From Octopus sinensis (taxonomy: Eukaryota): a DNA stretch of 64,000 nt. The first letter of the stretch is position 1, and each line of letters begins with the position of its first letter. The stretch spans positions 77,190,001 to 77,254,000 of the forward strand of contig NC_043005.1 in NCBI RefSeq assembly GCF_006345805.1. The letters are read 5' to 3'. The notes beneath the pieces were generated by a model that was given only the letters and a program-made list of their open reading frames with translations, made no database searches and was not told the origin of the DNA. Position numbers and translations under genes: made by a program. Shown piece by piece: positions 11,720-25,383 of this stretch.

Positions 11720-11987
11720 GTCATTCTCGTCGTCATCATCACCATCATCATCATCATCTTCATCATCGCCATCATATTCATCATCATTTCTATTGTCAGC
11801 ATCATTATGATCATCATCATAGTCAAGTCATCCTCATTGTAGTCAACATCGTCGTTATCATCATCATCGTCATCGTCGTCGTCGTAGTCAACATCATCGT
11901 TGTCATCGTCATCATCATAGCCGTTGTCGTTATTATCATCAGCATCATCATCATTATCATCATTTCTATAAGCATCATCATGCCATC

Positions 11988-12038
<51 letters not shown>

Positions 12039-12090
12039 GTCATCATCATCATCATCATCATCATAGTGATCACCGTCAAACATCATCACC
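11720..12090. repeat. Degenerate (CAT)n/(CGT)n triplet tract
   Basis: Direct reading; explains poly-H/I/S/D/M ORFs. Confidence 0.9.
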
Positions 12091-12604
12091 CTCATCACAA
12101 AACCTCCGTTCTCTGTCGCTTCGTTTTAACGTCTTTACTGCAGATGTTTCTTTCTCCTCTCTCACATCTTCGATAGAATATCGATTTTCCTTTCGTCAAC
12201 CGAATTTATCAATCAACACGTGTTTCAGTTATGTGTGGGAAACAGAGAGAGAGAGAGAGAGGCACAGAGAGAGAGAGGGGCAGAGAGAGAAACTGAAAGA
12301 CAAACGGAAAGAAAGAGAGAGAGAGAGCATGTGCATATTGTATGTAGAGGATATATATGAAGGAGAGAGGGGATCCAAGTGAAAGAGAGAGAAGGAATCT
12401 ACAGCGCACGTTGGAGGAACGAGGAACTGATGTCGCTAGAGAGACGATTTAACGGCCTGACCCTACAGTTAATGTGCGCTTGTGTTAGTTAACGTGACTT
12501 TTTCGTCATTGCCTCTCTGCTCTGTACCCATCATGATAGAGTATTATTTTACTAGTTTCTCTTCTATGCTGTTTCTTTAATAGTTTACAGTTCGATCTTT
12601 CAGT

Positions 12605-12654
<50 letters not shown>

Positions 12655-13189
12655 TGTGTATGTGTGTGTGTGTGAGTGTGTAATTTATGTGTGTATGTAT
12701 GTGTGTATATATATCCTCGTTCTGTTGCATTTTTCCATATTGCGAATGTATCTTTCCATAGTAATTTTCCAATTATTTCTCAGCAAAATGCTTGGCAGAA
12801 ATATCTATGGCTTTGCAGATATAACTGCGTTCATAGAATTGCGCATTTTATGAATGCAACTGTTACATATATTATACCTGTTTCAGATGTTTACGTACGC
12901 ACATGCACATATATTTATCTGTCTGAGTAACTGAAATCCATACACACGCAGGCATGTGTATGTATGCATGTATATATGTATGTATATGTGTATATATGTA
13001 TATGCATGTATCTATATACTCATATATATATACATACATACATACATACATACATAAATACATACATACATGCATACATACATGAGCTGTGGCTATGCTG
13101 GGGCATCGCCATTTGCTGGGCCACTGCCATTATATATATATATATAACTTAAATAACGTAGATATGGTTCGAGCAAAGGTTGGTACAAG

Positions 13190-13445
13190 CCATGTCTAAC
13201 TTAATAGCACCACCTGATAGGATTATCTAAATCCTTTTAAGTCAAGTTTTGTGGTAGCGTGGCCCATTCGAGTCGGGAGTTCTTGTTGAGTGAATTGTAT
13301 CCAGGTATCGGTGTCTTATCTGATATTCCTCGAAGAAATTTATTCAGATTCCGTTTAAAGCTGATGGGATCGTTTTCCTCTTTGATCTGTCTCGGGACAA
13401 TGTTAAGTAGGGCAGGGCCTGTTGAGGAAAAGAAATTGTGTTGCA
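13190..13445 (-). pseudogene. Non-LTR retrotransposon ORF2 C-terminus and 3' UTR fragment
   Basis: rc translates LQHNFFSSTGPALLNIVPRQIKEENDPISFKRNLNKFLRGISDKTPIPGYNSLNKNSRLEWA, matching the GP.LFN.LP..FK..LD.FL..IPD.P..PGY type of LINE terminus; clade not assigned. Confidence 0.7.
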
Positions 13446-13620
13446 GTGTATTTATATATATATGAAGAAGGGCATTCCTCGATAAAACAAAAAGATACTG
13501 TTGTGATTAGTTTTCAGACAGTTTCCAACAGATTAGATTCCTGGTATCCTCCTGCAGCTAAGAGAAGATAAAAGTCTTCTTCGCTCTTACCACGAAATAT
13601 ATTTCTTTCTTGGTGAAAGT

Positions 13621-13685
13621 ACAGTAATCACTCATCACATCGCGGTTCGGCTATCACGATTCACCTATCGCGGTTTATTATTTAT
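13621..13685. mobile_element. Terminal fragment of the pogo-type MITE seen at 16318-16536
   Basis: TACAGTAATCACTC...CACCTATCGCGGTTTATTATTTA matches the rc of that MITE's right end. Confidence 0.5.
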
Positions 13686-13699
13686 CGTGTGAGGCTCAC

Positions 13700-14450
13700 A
13701 CAAAATTATCAAGAGCAAAATGTAACCCAAATCACTGAAAAATATTAACCAGCGCAAGACTATATCCATTAACAACAGAACCAAAAGTTAAAAAACTGTG
13801 GTCGACGTTACTGTGGTAACATTTGGAGGGTTCAGAATTCCACTTTAAACAAGGTGAGATATTTAAGATTAAATCAAATTTCACCTGTGCCTCGGAAAAG
13901 TTTATCTTTGCCATTACATGCTTAGGGTGTGGTCATAATTATATTGGCTAAACAGGAATATCACTCCGTCGAAGAAGCACTCTCCACAAAGAACAAATCC
14001 GCCACCCACAGTACAGACAGATACAGGCTAGTGAACATATAAAAAGGTGTGCTAGGAATCTTAATCCTAATTTCCTAATTTTCCCCTTCTATCAATGTTC
14101 AGAGAACACCTCAGTACAACAAAGAATAAATAAAGAGGCAACTTTCATCAACTCAATGTAAAACACATAACATAATACAGAACACTACTAACCTTTCAAT
14201 TAATATCACTAACCCCCATACATCCCATATACCATTCACATTACAGAACTAAATCTACCCTAATTGCACCAAATCCAGAACTACTTACCTCCCTTACACA
14301 TAATCGTTTTACTCAGGGACTAGTAGACCTGACACTGTTCATTAATCGATGTACATTCAAAACAATGATTAGTAAATTCACGAAACTGGTATGCTTTTGA
14401 ATTCACAATAATTATTTCTATTACTTTTATTCCTACCTCAGTTCATCCAA
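13700..14450 (+). mobile_element. Decayed Neptune-type PLE: Cys-rich linker, GIY-YIG and dead hammerhead
   Basis: CGRRYCG..EFHFKQGEIFKIKSNFTCASEKFIFAITCLGCGHNYIG*TGISLRRRSTLHKEQIRHPQYRQIQASEHIKRC..FLIFPFYQ. Confidence 0.8.
14355..14402 (+). ncRNA. Inactivated hammerhead motif (core ATGATTA)
   Basis: ATTCAAAACA-ATGATTA-GTAAATTCAC-GAAA-CTGG-TA-TGCTTTTGAAT: 10-bp stem I retained, C3 and G8 mutated. Confidence 0.55.
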
Positions 14451-14451
14451 T

Positions 14452-14532
<81 letters not shown>

Positions 14533-14564
14533 GTATATATATATGTATGTATGTATGTATTTAT

Positions 14565-14968
14565 GGGTATGTTATAAGAAGCTTGCTTTCTAAGCACAAT
14601 GTTTTGGTTACAGTCCCTATGCGTGATACGTTGCGCAGGTGTCTTCTACTATAACCTCGGGCCAACCAAAACTTTGTAAGTGGGTTTGGTGTGTGTTTGA
14701 GTGTGTGTGTGAATGTGTGTGTCTGTGTGTGTCTGTGTGTGTGTGCGTGGGTGTATTTATGTTTGCATGTGTGATTGTTTGCGTCTGTGTTTTCCCCACC
14801 AGTGTTTGGCCACCGGTGCTAGCGTGTTTACGTCACCGTAACTTAACGGTTCAGCAAAAGAGGCAAATAGAATAAGTACCTGGCTTTAAAAAGATGCTAG
14901 TACAGGAGTAGATTGGTTGGTGCCCCTGCATGGCCGCATTCTAATGACGAAAATATGTAAAAGATTAA
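14565..14968 (+). mobile_element. SINE family A, near full length, diverged
   Basis: Head, body, internal (TG)n and 3' GCATGGCCGCA tail. Confidence 0.75.
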
Positions 14969-15028
14969 ATATACATACATACATAAATGCATGCATGTAT
15001 GTAAGTATATATGGATGGATGGCTGCAT

Positions 15029-15214
15029 GTTGATGCTGAAATTCCTATCACGTAGCCTTGGATCTAAGTTGGAAACCGGCCCTTTCTCTATTGGCAAGAA
15101 ATCTTGAAATAAACTGAATAACGACATATGTATGTATATATGTATGTCGTTATAGAGAAAGAGCCGGTTTCTAACCTAGATCCAAGGCTCCGTGATAGGA
15201 ATTTCAGCATCAAC
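15029..15214. repeat. Two tail-to-tail retroelement ends forming a 63-bp inverted repeat
   Basis: 15029-15091 vs rc of 15152-15214, 4 mismatches; inner ATAACGACATA/TATGTCGTTAT also inverted. Confidence 0.85.
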
Positions 15215-15351
15215 AACAGGGTACATTTTTATGTATGTATGTATGTATGTATGTATGTATGTATGTATGTATGTATGTATGTATGTAGTATGTATGTATG
15301 TATGTATGTATGTATGTATGTATATGTATGTATGTATGTATGTATGTGTAG

Positions 15352-15630
15352 ATTGTATGTTTTATGTATGAATTCTTATGCATGCAGTTGCATATCTAGA
15401 CATGCTCATATATATTTACATGATAAACTTCTGGAAAGTTTTACAAATTCTTACAGTTCCAGTGATGGACTGGAATAGCTCTCTCCTTTCTGGTTTGGAG
15501 AAGCCTAATTTCTCAAGATTGGCATTTAGGCAGTGTGTTACATATCTCAGGGCCCCAATAATTACAGGTATAAACCTGAAGTTGTAATCTGGATTGGGTA
15601 ACTGCAGATTTTTCAATAGTTCAGCATAGC
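15352..15630 (-). pseudogene. R4/Dong-type (RLE) non-LTR retrotransposon 3' end
   Basis: YAELLKNLQLPNPDYNFRFIPVIIGALRYVTHCLNANLEKLGFS..QSITGTVRICKTFQKFIM*, the PVIIGALG-type terminus of RLE elements; flanked by (TATG)n. Confidence 0.75.
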
Positions 15631-16317
15631 TATGTTTGTATGTATTTACGTATTATGTATGTACGTATGTACGTACGTACGTGCACATGTATGTATGCGT
15701 GAATGTATACACATCTTTTACTTCTTTTGTAAAGGAGCTTTCTGCATTCACCTGCCACGGAATGAATCTGGAACTAAATTCTTTAATCTGTGAACACAGA
15801 CATGTCAGCTCTCAATTTCACGCACGTACATGTAACGTAATATCTGTATGATTATATAATCTTCTAGTTCCGTATGTGTTCTTTGAAGACGTTTCAGACA
15901 TTCGTGTCTTTTTATAAAGTTTATTATTGTGTCTTCTGTGCCAGTCATTTTTATATGCATTTAGTGCAAAGTCGTGATATTGGGAAATGAAATGAAAATT
16001 AGACGTAAAAACACGTGTTTGGAGCTAAAAACAGACTTAATAACCACATACAAAATTCATGTAGCAGTAATGCAAATACATTCTTACAAACTACCAACAT
16101 AACAAATTCTACATAAATAAAGTGCGATGGCTTGTTCGCTGCACTCTGTATGCACACACACACACACACACACACAAATATGTGTGTATACATATATACA
16201 CATATATATGTGTGTGTCTGTGTGTGCCTGTGTAGGTAGACATGTATGTATGTAATATATATATATGTCTGATATATATATATATATATATAATTGTGTG
16301 TGTATATATGTTATATA

Positions 16318-16536
16318 CAGTAATGCTTCGACTATCGCGGGTGTTACGTTCGAAAACCCGCCACAATAGGTGAAAATCTGCGAAGTAGAAACATATTGTA
16401 CTGTATTTTTTTTATTATATTTATAATTTGTATATATTTATTTTATTATAAATGCAAAACAACACCGCAGGGGAATCGACGTAAGCTTAAATAATAAACC
16501 GCGATAGGTAAACCACGTTATCACGAGGGATTACTG
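16318..16536. mobile_element. pogo/Tigger-type MITE
   Basis: TIRs CAGTAATGCTTCG / CGAGGGATTACTG, TA on both sides, subterminal TATCGCG repeats. Confidence 0.7.
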
Positions 16537-16553
16537 TACATACATACATACAT

Positions 16554-16613
<60 letters not shown>

Positions 16614-17059
16614 AATATATTCACTATGCATACACGTGGATTAACTGTACAGGCATTACAAACTGCCACTCATAAGTGAATAGAAATGGACACTACACTA
16701 AAAGCAGCGGTAAATTAAAAGCACCGACACGAAACTCATTAAAATTATGATTACACGGATACACATATATTTGTATATATATGCTCACACACACAGACAC
16801 ACACATATTATATATGTATATGTATGCATGTATTTATGCATAGAAAAAAATCAGAATGAGATGACATGGGAGATGACGAAAGGAAAAGGACGAGTGAAAA
16901 TGGAAAGCCTCTCATCGGTCATGAGGCCCAGAACCAATGTAGTTTCGGTGCGCTGAAGACTAGAAACTTATTCCTACGACGCTATTCCTCTAAACATGAC
17001 GTATTTTTGTCCCAGTGTACTATAATATTACTTGTACGCTATATACGCAATCTTAAGAA

Positions 17060-17600
17060 ATTAGTCGGCTTATTATACAACAAGCACAGAAGAAAAAATT
17101 ATAATGTAGAGACACAAAGTACAGCGAACAAGGATTTTATTCTAAATATTTTTGACCAATAAAAAATACACAGTCCCGAAAACCACTCTACTGAATTATG
17201 GTCATAAATAAAGTAATCAACGTCTGTTATGTGGTTTAGAATGTCGACAGTAGTAAAAGGAAGTGTCTGGAAAAAATAATTATTGTCTAGAAACAATAAA
17301 ACAGAAGAATCTCATCTAACACTTGGTTAATAAATAAGAATACAGAGAATCGCCAAGAGTTACTACAGAGTCAGAAGGCTTGCTTGTAGTCAAACAATCT
17401 ACAGGAAATAACAATCAAATATCATTCTAATCACACCGAACCACCTTGAATATGGAAAATCTACATTTACTCTCTCTCATACCCTTAAATTAGAATAATA
17501 ACAGCTGGAGTGCCTTTGAACATATATCCGATCGATAAGGTGACCAACCTAGGGCTAAAAAACAAAAATAACAGGCAGAAGGGAAAAGATTTGTAATGAT
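17060..17600 (+). mobile_element. Heavily decayed Naiad-type PLE fragment
   Basis: Residual motifs (TLLNYGH, SGKNNYCLE, INKNTE) in the same order as the 8.1 kb protein; many stops and frameshifts. Confidence 0.4.
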
Positions 17601-18120
17601 TATAAAATGCCACTTTTTGGAATAAGTCCAGAATATTAACAATGCATGTCATAATGCATTACATTGGACAATATGAATTAGTAACGTAATAAAATTCTGA
17701 TAATTTATTTATTCCTTTTAAAGAGTGTCAAAAGAGGTGTTAAACTTGAAAGAATTAACTCCCCTTGTTACTAATTATGACTTCACAGTCTCCTGTTCCA
17801 GACGTCAAACAACAAATAACGAACGTGAAATACTCAGACGGTAATATTCGTTAAAATAGATATTTAAAATTAGTATCACTATAGCTTGATATGTGGGTTG
17901 TTTGAATAAGGAAAATTTCATAGAATGAGAATTCTTTAGAAGAAGCCTGTTACTGATTTAGCTAATAATTGTTATTTCCAAACCGTAGGCATTTTAACGT
18001 ATGTCTGAACGTATAGCTACTTATGTAGACTGTTTCAACGAAAAGAGTATATCTAAAGACAAAATTAGTATATTTTCAGATTATGCAACAGAAGTCTCAT
18101 CTTCATAATGTAAACAGACC

Positions 18121-18520
18121 TGACTGTATATTAAGAAGCTCGCTTCCCAACCAAATGGTTCCGTGTTCGGTCTCACTTAGTGTCTTACACTATAGCCTCC
18201 GACTGACCGAAGCCTTCCGAGTGGATTTGGTTGACGAAAACTGAAAGAAGCCCGTTGCATATATATACGTATGTATATAATAAATGTGTGTGTGTGTGTG
18301 TGTATGTGCGTGTGTGTTTGCATCTTGTTTCCCCTCCCCCACTTCTTGACCAACTAGTGTTGACGTGTTCACGTTCTCGTAACCTAGCGGTTGGGCAAAA
18401 GAATCCGACAGAATAGATACCGGACTTTGAAAAATAAGTATTGGAATCGATTCGCTCGACTAAAAATTCTTCAAAGCAATGCTCCAGCATGGCCGCAGCC
18501 TAATGACTGAATGAAGTAGA
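18121..18520 (+). mobile_element. SINE family A, near full length
   Basis: Head, body and 3' tail motifs. Confidence 0.8.
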
Positions 18521-20959
18521 AGACTACGACTGACACCATATATTTTGTATTGGTGTGTTGTTTCAACGACAGTAGTTACGATTTTATCGTTCTCATATCG
18601 GCTTCTACAACACTTTCGATTTGCCTGGCTCTGATGTACATTATGTTTAGCACCAGACGTCATTAAATAGATTTTTCCCGGATGAAACACTACAACTCTG
18701 TGTTTAAACAACAAACGTACGCTAAGTATGTGGTATCGTTAATATATTTTATTTAGATAACTGAAAGATTTGGATATTAACATACATATATTAATAATAC
18801 ATTAGGAAATATAGTTCCAGATTCTCCTATATCAAAGTTTTATCATAGAAAATATTTAAACTCAGGTCTGCTCAATAAGGTTGACATACTATTAAATAAC
18901 GAGTTGTATTTAGTTGGACTGAGATGTTAATAATTAAGCGTGCGTCATGAACACTTAATTAAAAATAATTAAACGTGCGTCATAGTGCATGTGTTGAATG
19001 TAGCCCAGTAAACTATCGACCAGAAACTCATTCGCTGAAATATAGTATGACGGAGCCTCTTATAAGGCAAAGAGTCTTATAACTTATTGGGTCATAATGA
19101 CACTACTTAATATATTGTCTTTTTGCAAGTGCGTATGTTTGTCTGCTGCAGTATAGGCTGATGGTACTCGTATCTTTATGATCGATATTGATAGCAACTG
19201 CAAAATAATAAAACGTTTGTTAGTTTTACAATACAAAGATCGACCTCGACTTTCATCGTTCTTTCATATATAATAATTCAGAAAAGAATTTGATTCAATC
19301 AATCGTACCTCAGCTACCAACAGAAAGAAAACAAAAATCCTTTATTTTATGTTTACTAAAAGAAAATATACATTTAGTATTTTAAAGGAGATGTCCCGAC
19401 AATGTTTCCAGTGTGACTGAAACTGAGAACAGCACCCAATCCTGCATTTTTGAAATTGTTGCTGCATTATTGTCTTGTCTATCTCTAAATATTAAGCGCC
19501 TTATGCCGAGATAAAGACGGACTGAGTCGATTGAATCAAACTAAACACATTACTTACTGAAATTACGAGGTCTCCATTTTACATAATTTAATCAGACAAG
19601 GGTTAGTGAAGCTCACGATTTCTGCAAGCCCCACCAAAGTAATGAGACTGTAATGAGGCAAAGTAATGCTCTGTCCAAACGTTTGAAGAGTAAAAACATG
19701 TGTAGTAAGTGAACCGGGAATTTGATCTGAATTCTTCTCAACAGAATAAACCAGGATAAATATTACTAAGGATCAAATAGCCAAGTTAAACTGAACAATG
19801 CACTCAGTCCACTGCCAGATATAATGACTAAATGGATAAAATGCTGGTACATTAGCTGACTAGTCAGAGATACACGGCAGGGCACACTTACAGTGTTCTC
19901 TAGGAATATTTGGCACACACTATCTGAGGAAGTAAAAATAAAGAACTGATAGTGCAGCGCTTCTTTAGTTCTTTGTTGCCCTTATAGTCAAATCATGCAG
20001 GACTTCGCGGTCGAAATATATTTGAGAGTGCAAAAAATGAGCCATCTGAAACAAGGATAAAATACATATGCACCAACCATTACTGTATTTTGAACTCAGA
20101 TAGCAAATGACGTTACTACGACAAAACCAATTATTCGGGAATGCTACAATTTGAAATGCATCAACGACGTTACGCTTAAATAGATATTAATTTTATATCA
20201 ATGATTTTCTCAGTAAACATATTTTATGTTCAAATATTCCCACAAGTCAACTACAATATTTTATTATAGAAATAAACTATAAATTTTATGTAAAACAAAT
20301 GTGTATACATTTAGACATAATTATATTTTAGTAATAAATATAATAATTATGTTTTAAGCGTTGAGAGAAAAGCTTTTCATCTATATAATAGCACATTGTT
20401 ATTTTATTTCTATGTTGGTTTCAGGTATTGAATTACAATCATGCTGGAACACAATTTTCAAGGGTCTTCTGTTAGTCGATGATATCGACCGCAGTAATTT
20501 TTTACTCGATCTCCAAGATGCATTTGTGATACAAGTCCAAACATTGCTTCAGAACAGTAAACATAAATATAGGCCTGTACAAACAGCCATATTTATACAC
20601 ACACGTGTGCATCCCCATCTCACAAATATATTTGTTACATGCTGGATGATTGCGAACTTTCGGTTTTACAACTTTGATTCATAAGCCATTGGTCAACTTA
20701 AAGCAACAGTAGAACAGAATTTCTCAAGCTGGCAAGCAGTACGATGCAGTCCAGAAGTGCGTAGTTACGAAGCATATCTCTATAACAACACATCAGTACA
20801 TGCGGTTATCTGTTCTGTGTTTAAATAATTTATTATGTTGGATGTGTTTTCTGTAGTCATACAATGAAACTGATAACGTTGTGTTAGAAAGTAAGGAAAA
20901 AAAGTGTCAATCTCTATTTTTTTAGTCAGTGTGTACAGATATAATATTGGTTGTCTCAA

Positions 20960-21140
20960 GTTTTAGTATAAGGCGAGCAGGTTTGCGGGAGGGGTACATC
21001 GGCCTCCATTGTTCAACTGGTACTTATATTATCGACCCCGAAAGGATGGAAGACAAGGTCGGCCTCAGCGGAATTTGAACGAAGAACGTAAATACAAAGG
21101 ATGTGCCTTTAAGCATTTTGCCAGCGCGCCGCATTATACA
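20960..21140 (-). mobile_element. CORE-type SINE (family B)
   Basis: rc TTCAAATTCCGCTGAGGCCGACCTTGTCTTCCATCCTTTCGGGGTCGATAA. Confidence 0.75.
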
Positions 21141-21435
21141 GAGATAATATAACAGTGACGACATGCGGAGAGAATGGATTTTGAAACTGGCGGGAATAAA
21201 GAGTGAAAGGAAGGAAATATAGGAGGTAAAGCAAGGAATCAACAGAGATGACTAAAATAGGAAAGTGAGTTATAGTCATGGTGTTTAGGAAGCTTGTTTT
21301 GCAACCATGTCGTTTTGGGTTCACTCCCGCTGTGCAACATCTTGGATACTCTCTCCTATTATAGCCCCGGACAGACCAATACCTTATGAATGAATATGGT
21401 AGAGGGAAACTGTGTGGACATCAGTTGGATAGATG

Positions 21436-21475
<40 letters not shown>

Positions 21476-21509
21476 TGTAGGTTTTGAGTGCTGGGACGTA
21501 GAAATAATT

Positions 21510-21792
21510 AGGTTGGTGTCCGAGGACACCTTGAGTACAATAGGAGTGACGGAACCTTGGTCTTCGCAAATGCATTCCTCTAGGAAAGACTAGCTCGGAT
21601 ATAAAACCAGTTGCTCTACTGAGCAAGGAATCTCGCATTTTGTTTCTGTCTAGCCTTTTTGGTATTGCAAGTGCGAGTTATTGTGGTGCTGTGCAAATGA
21701 CTCTCGACTTACAACCCTTGCACGGACATTGCTGACAATCCTGTCAGCGATGGTCATGCTCGTCTAATGAGTCTAATGAGTAGACAACCATC
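21510..21792 (-). mobile_element. Probable 5' UTR fragment of an RTE-type LINE
   Basis: GC-richer non-coding island with structured 5' end; family assignment from recalled resemblance only. Confidence 0.3.
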
Positions 21793-22129
21793 ATCATCAT
21801 CATCTTCATTTATGTATGTATGTAAGTATTTTTTGTGATTGATGTGTTTCTCTCCTCACCACAGCCGCTTGATAACCGGTGTGGGAGTACTTACGTTCGC
21901 GTGTGTCAACAGCAAGCGTATCCGATCGAATAAGTACCAGACTTTTAAAAAAATTCCTGGCAAAAATGAGTAACGCTGCGATGGACTGGCGTCCCGTCCA
22001 GCTGGGTAACACATAAGCCATTGGAACCGGGAAACCGGGCCCATGAACCTGGCTACGCTTTAAAAAGGCGCATTTATTTATTTTTTAATGTAAGGGAAAG
22101 TTGGCTGCTGCTTCGAAAAGCTTGAGACC

Positions 22130-22400
22130 TCGGTGATTTGATACATACGAGTATTGTGATAGTTTCTCGTTTATAGTGACCAAATGTTCATTAGCTCACG
22201 TCCTCCACCAAATCCACTTGGGCTGAACTGGTGCACGGTGCACCGCACGTTAGGTGTCGATTTAATCGCAGAGAAACATGACATCAAATGTTGTCATTAA
22301 GAACACAAGGCACCACCCGGTCCAGGAATTGAAATCACAATCATGCGACCATGATTGTTTGTTCAATACTCTAACCACTCGGCGATGCACCCTTCACAGA
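22130..22400 (-). mobile_element. tRNA-derived SINE, family C
   Basis: rc A-box TCGCCGAGTGGTTA and B-box-like TTTCAATTCC; related decayed copies near 23280-23450 and 40720-40900. Confidence 0.55.
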
Positions 22401-25252
22401 CATACGTGTAATGTGAGGATTATTTAACACGTTTAGATTGAAAATAACAGAAAAGTGAAACAACGGCAAAAAAGAAATAATAAAATTCTTGTGAATGACG
22501 TCAGTTACATAAAGAAAATTGCAGATTAAGAAATAAAAGACTTCATGATTCGAAAACTGCTTTTCTTCCATTGTAAACAGTTTTTTTACGGTTTGAACGG
22601 TAACATTTGCAACGAAAAACGGAAGGATATAAGGATAAAATTCTAAAATTAGATATTCTTAACACGATTATTTTTCATACGCTGACAAAATTTCCTTCTT
22701 AGCACTGTATACATGTAAATCAATTTACTGATAGGTAAATATACTTTTGGCTTTAAGCAGGTAACACATGAATGATTCACTATAGAAATGCATATGTAAG
22801 GAGATCGATTAGAAGAGTTGTTACAGAGTCGTGTACTAAGCTTTGTAATATTGATTTCAAATTTTTGCGCAAGGCTACCAGTATTGATGGTGGGGTTAAG
22901 TCAACTGCAACGACACCCACAGTTCAACTGGTACTTTTTATTTTTCGCACCCGAAAAGATAAAAGGCAAAATCGACCTCGGTAGCACTTGAACGTGATGG
23001 ACGAAATGTTTTTTTTTCTAGAAGAAAGAAATGAAAATAATAAAGTACGGTGTGTGAGAGAAGCAGTTTATCGACTGTTCCCTCGCATCAGATTTAAGGC
23101 CTTGGACCTGTGTTAGAGATCAATAATCTTATTATTACTTGTTTCTTCTTATAATGGAGTTGCTCTCAAAAAGGAACGGTTGTTTTTCGGCATATGAAAG
23201 AATTTCCTAGCTTAGAAGCTTGAGGTAAGAAAAGAAAAGAATAAAAATATTGTCTCGAGTTTTTGGTCTCGTAACGCTTGCTCCTCGATTTCAGTGGCGA
23301 GTTAGTGACCGAAATCACAACACTTATTCTAAATGGGACGTAAGTCCGTCACGGAGTTATTGATTTACAGATGAGTGGACTGGTCCAACGTGAAGTGAAC
23401 GTTTTGCTCAAGAGCACAATGCACCAGTCGTTTCGAAAATAAAAACCAAGAAGTTGAGGCAGTGAAGTATACTCTGTAGTTTGGGGGGCTCGTAAGCCAT
23501 TCCATTCTATTCATTGTAAATATTCCATTTCATAATTATTCTTCATTATATGTACCCCATGATTTGTGTTGTCTGTCCTTGTTTGTCAGCCCTCTATGTT
23601 GGGCCCTCGTGGTTAATAAAGAAAAGTATATTCTGTAGTTTGTACTTTTAAGCTCAGCGAATATTTCATCAAATAGATCGTTCGACCTGCTGTCCACTAG
23701 GGCCTCACTTCCAAGCAATCGGATGACCGATTTCACAACAGAAAATAGTGCTATTAGGCGTTGAATACGAATTAAGTGTGGAAATCTGAAAACAATGAAC
23801 TAAACTATAAAAATAGAATTGTGCATTTTTGTCAACCTTGAATCCTCGGACATATTCGTTAAACTTAACAATGGAGATTTCCTTAAATATTTTCAGCTAA
23901 ATTGGTGGAGAAACAATAATCATTGTTTGTTATCGATATTTTTGGCCGACACCATGTCAACTTGAGCCTTTATTACTTTTCGACGAGAGTGGTTTGTTTG
24001 CTGTAGCAATGCTGAACATCGCTTCAATCCGAGCGTCATGAGGTGAATGCGCTCGAAAATGAGCATGTTAACACTACCACTGTCAACTTGACACTGAGAA
24101 ATCCTACCTCTCCTGCTTGATGTAACAATGACTTAACTACTTACATGAAAATTGATCAAGTGTAAGTTAAGTGTCTTGTTCGCAGATGCAACGCAGTGGC
24201 GGTAACACGATACAAACTGCTGTGAATTTTGCTGGTTAAATTATACCGTCAACTAGATATTCTGACCTCGCACAGTCATGTACACTGATGTGATCTGTCG
24301 ATTAGTAATACAACCAGATGATATAGTGGTCGAGTCGCTCACACTTTCTTTCTATCATCAATTGTAATGTAGTAAAAGCGCAATGAACAGGAAGAGATTT
24401 AGTTCAAAGAGTAATTGAACAAGATAGAAGCAATTATGATAACTGACGTATACACTGAATGTAATCAATGTAATCAACATAAACCATAGCGAACAAAGCA
24501 AATCAAAACATACTAGAGAGCCTATACCTGGCCACCTGATCAGCTAAAAGTAGTGTCAACCAAGGAAAACATCAATGGATAATGCAAGCCTGAAGATATT
24601 TTGCTGAGAAATAAATTAGGTGACTGATCATATATCTGCTCATTCAGAAAAGACCTCAGGCTAAACAATTATTACAAAGTATGACTGGTGTGTGAGGTAC
24701 TTTGAAGAAACTAGTAAACTTCCTTGTCGGCAATTTGTGAATACAAACAATTCAAAAGAAAAAATAAAGGGAAATCAAAAATTAATTTGTGATGAGGAAT
24801 ACGGATAGTCTAACAGTTTTGGGGAGTACTTTGGAGAGGAAGGTTCTATGATGGTACCAATACATATGGAGGGGAGAAGGAGAGAAACAAAGGAAAATGG
24901 AAATTAAAATTTTCAGTTGAGTACAACAAGTGTTTCTATTCAGGTCAAACTGCATCATATTTCTGTTTGATAAATTGAAGGTGTCATTCAACGTAAGAAA
25001 ATTTTATGAATGACATCAAATGAGAAAGCTGAATTGAAGTTGGATATGTGCTGGGATATGTCAGCGTAGCAGAGCTATCTGGTAAGAAGCTTACTTCCCA
25101 ACCAGACGGTCTTGGGTTCAATTTCACTGCATGTCACACTGGGAAGATATCTTAAACTATAGCTACGGGCCGACCAAAGATTTGTAAGTTGATTCGGTAA
25201 ACGTCCTGCGATGTATATATATATATATATATAATATATATATTAATACTAT

Positions 25253-25283
<31 letters not shown>

Positions 25284-25313
25284 CACACACACACATATAT
25301 ATATATATATATG

Positions 25314-25383
<70 letters not shown>

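Noticed and set aside
15860-15950. GAAA-CG-TC with upstream CAGAAGA (minus strand)
   Set aside because: No stem I or usable stem II; at best a very old relic
16900-16970. Type II hammerhead-like order GAAA..TT..CCGATGA (minus strand)
   Set aside because: Stems do not pair
24585-24625. CTGAAGA...GAAA motif
   Set aside because: No supporting stems; chance match
24400-25040. Possible decayed LINE (similar suspicion at 27050-27480 and 33990-34300)
   Set aside because: No motif could be read reliably through the stops and frameshifts
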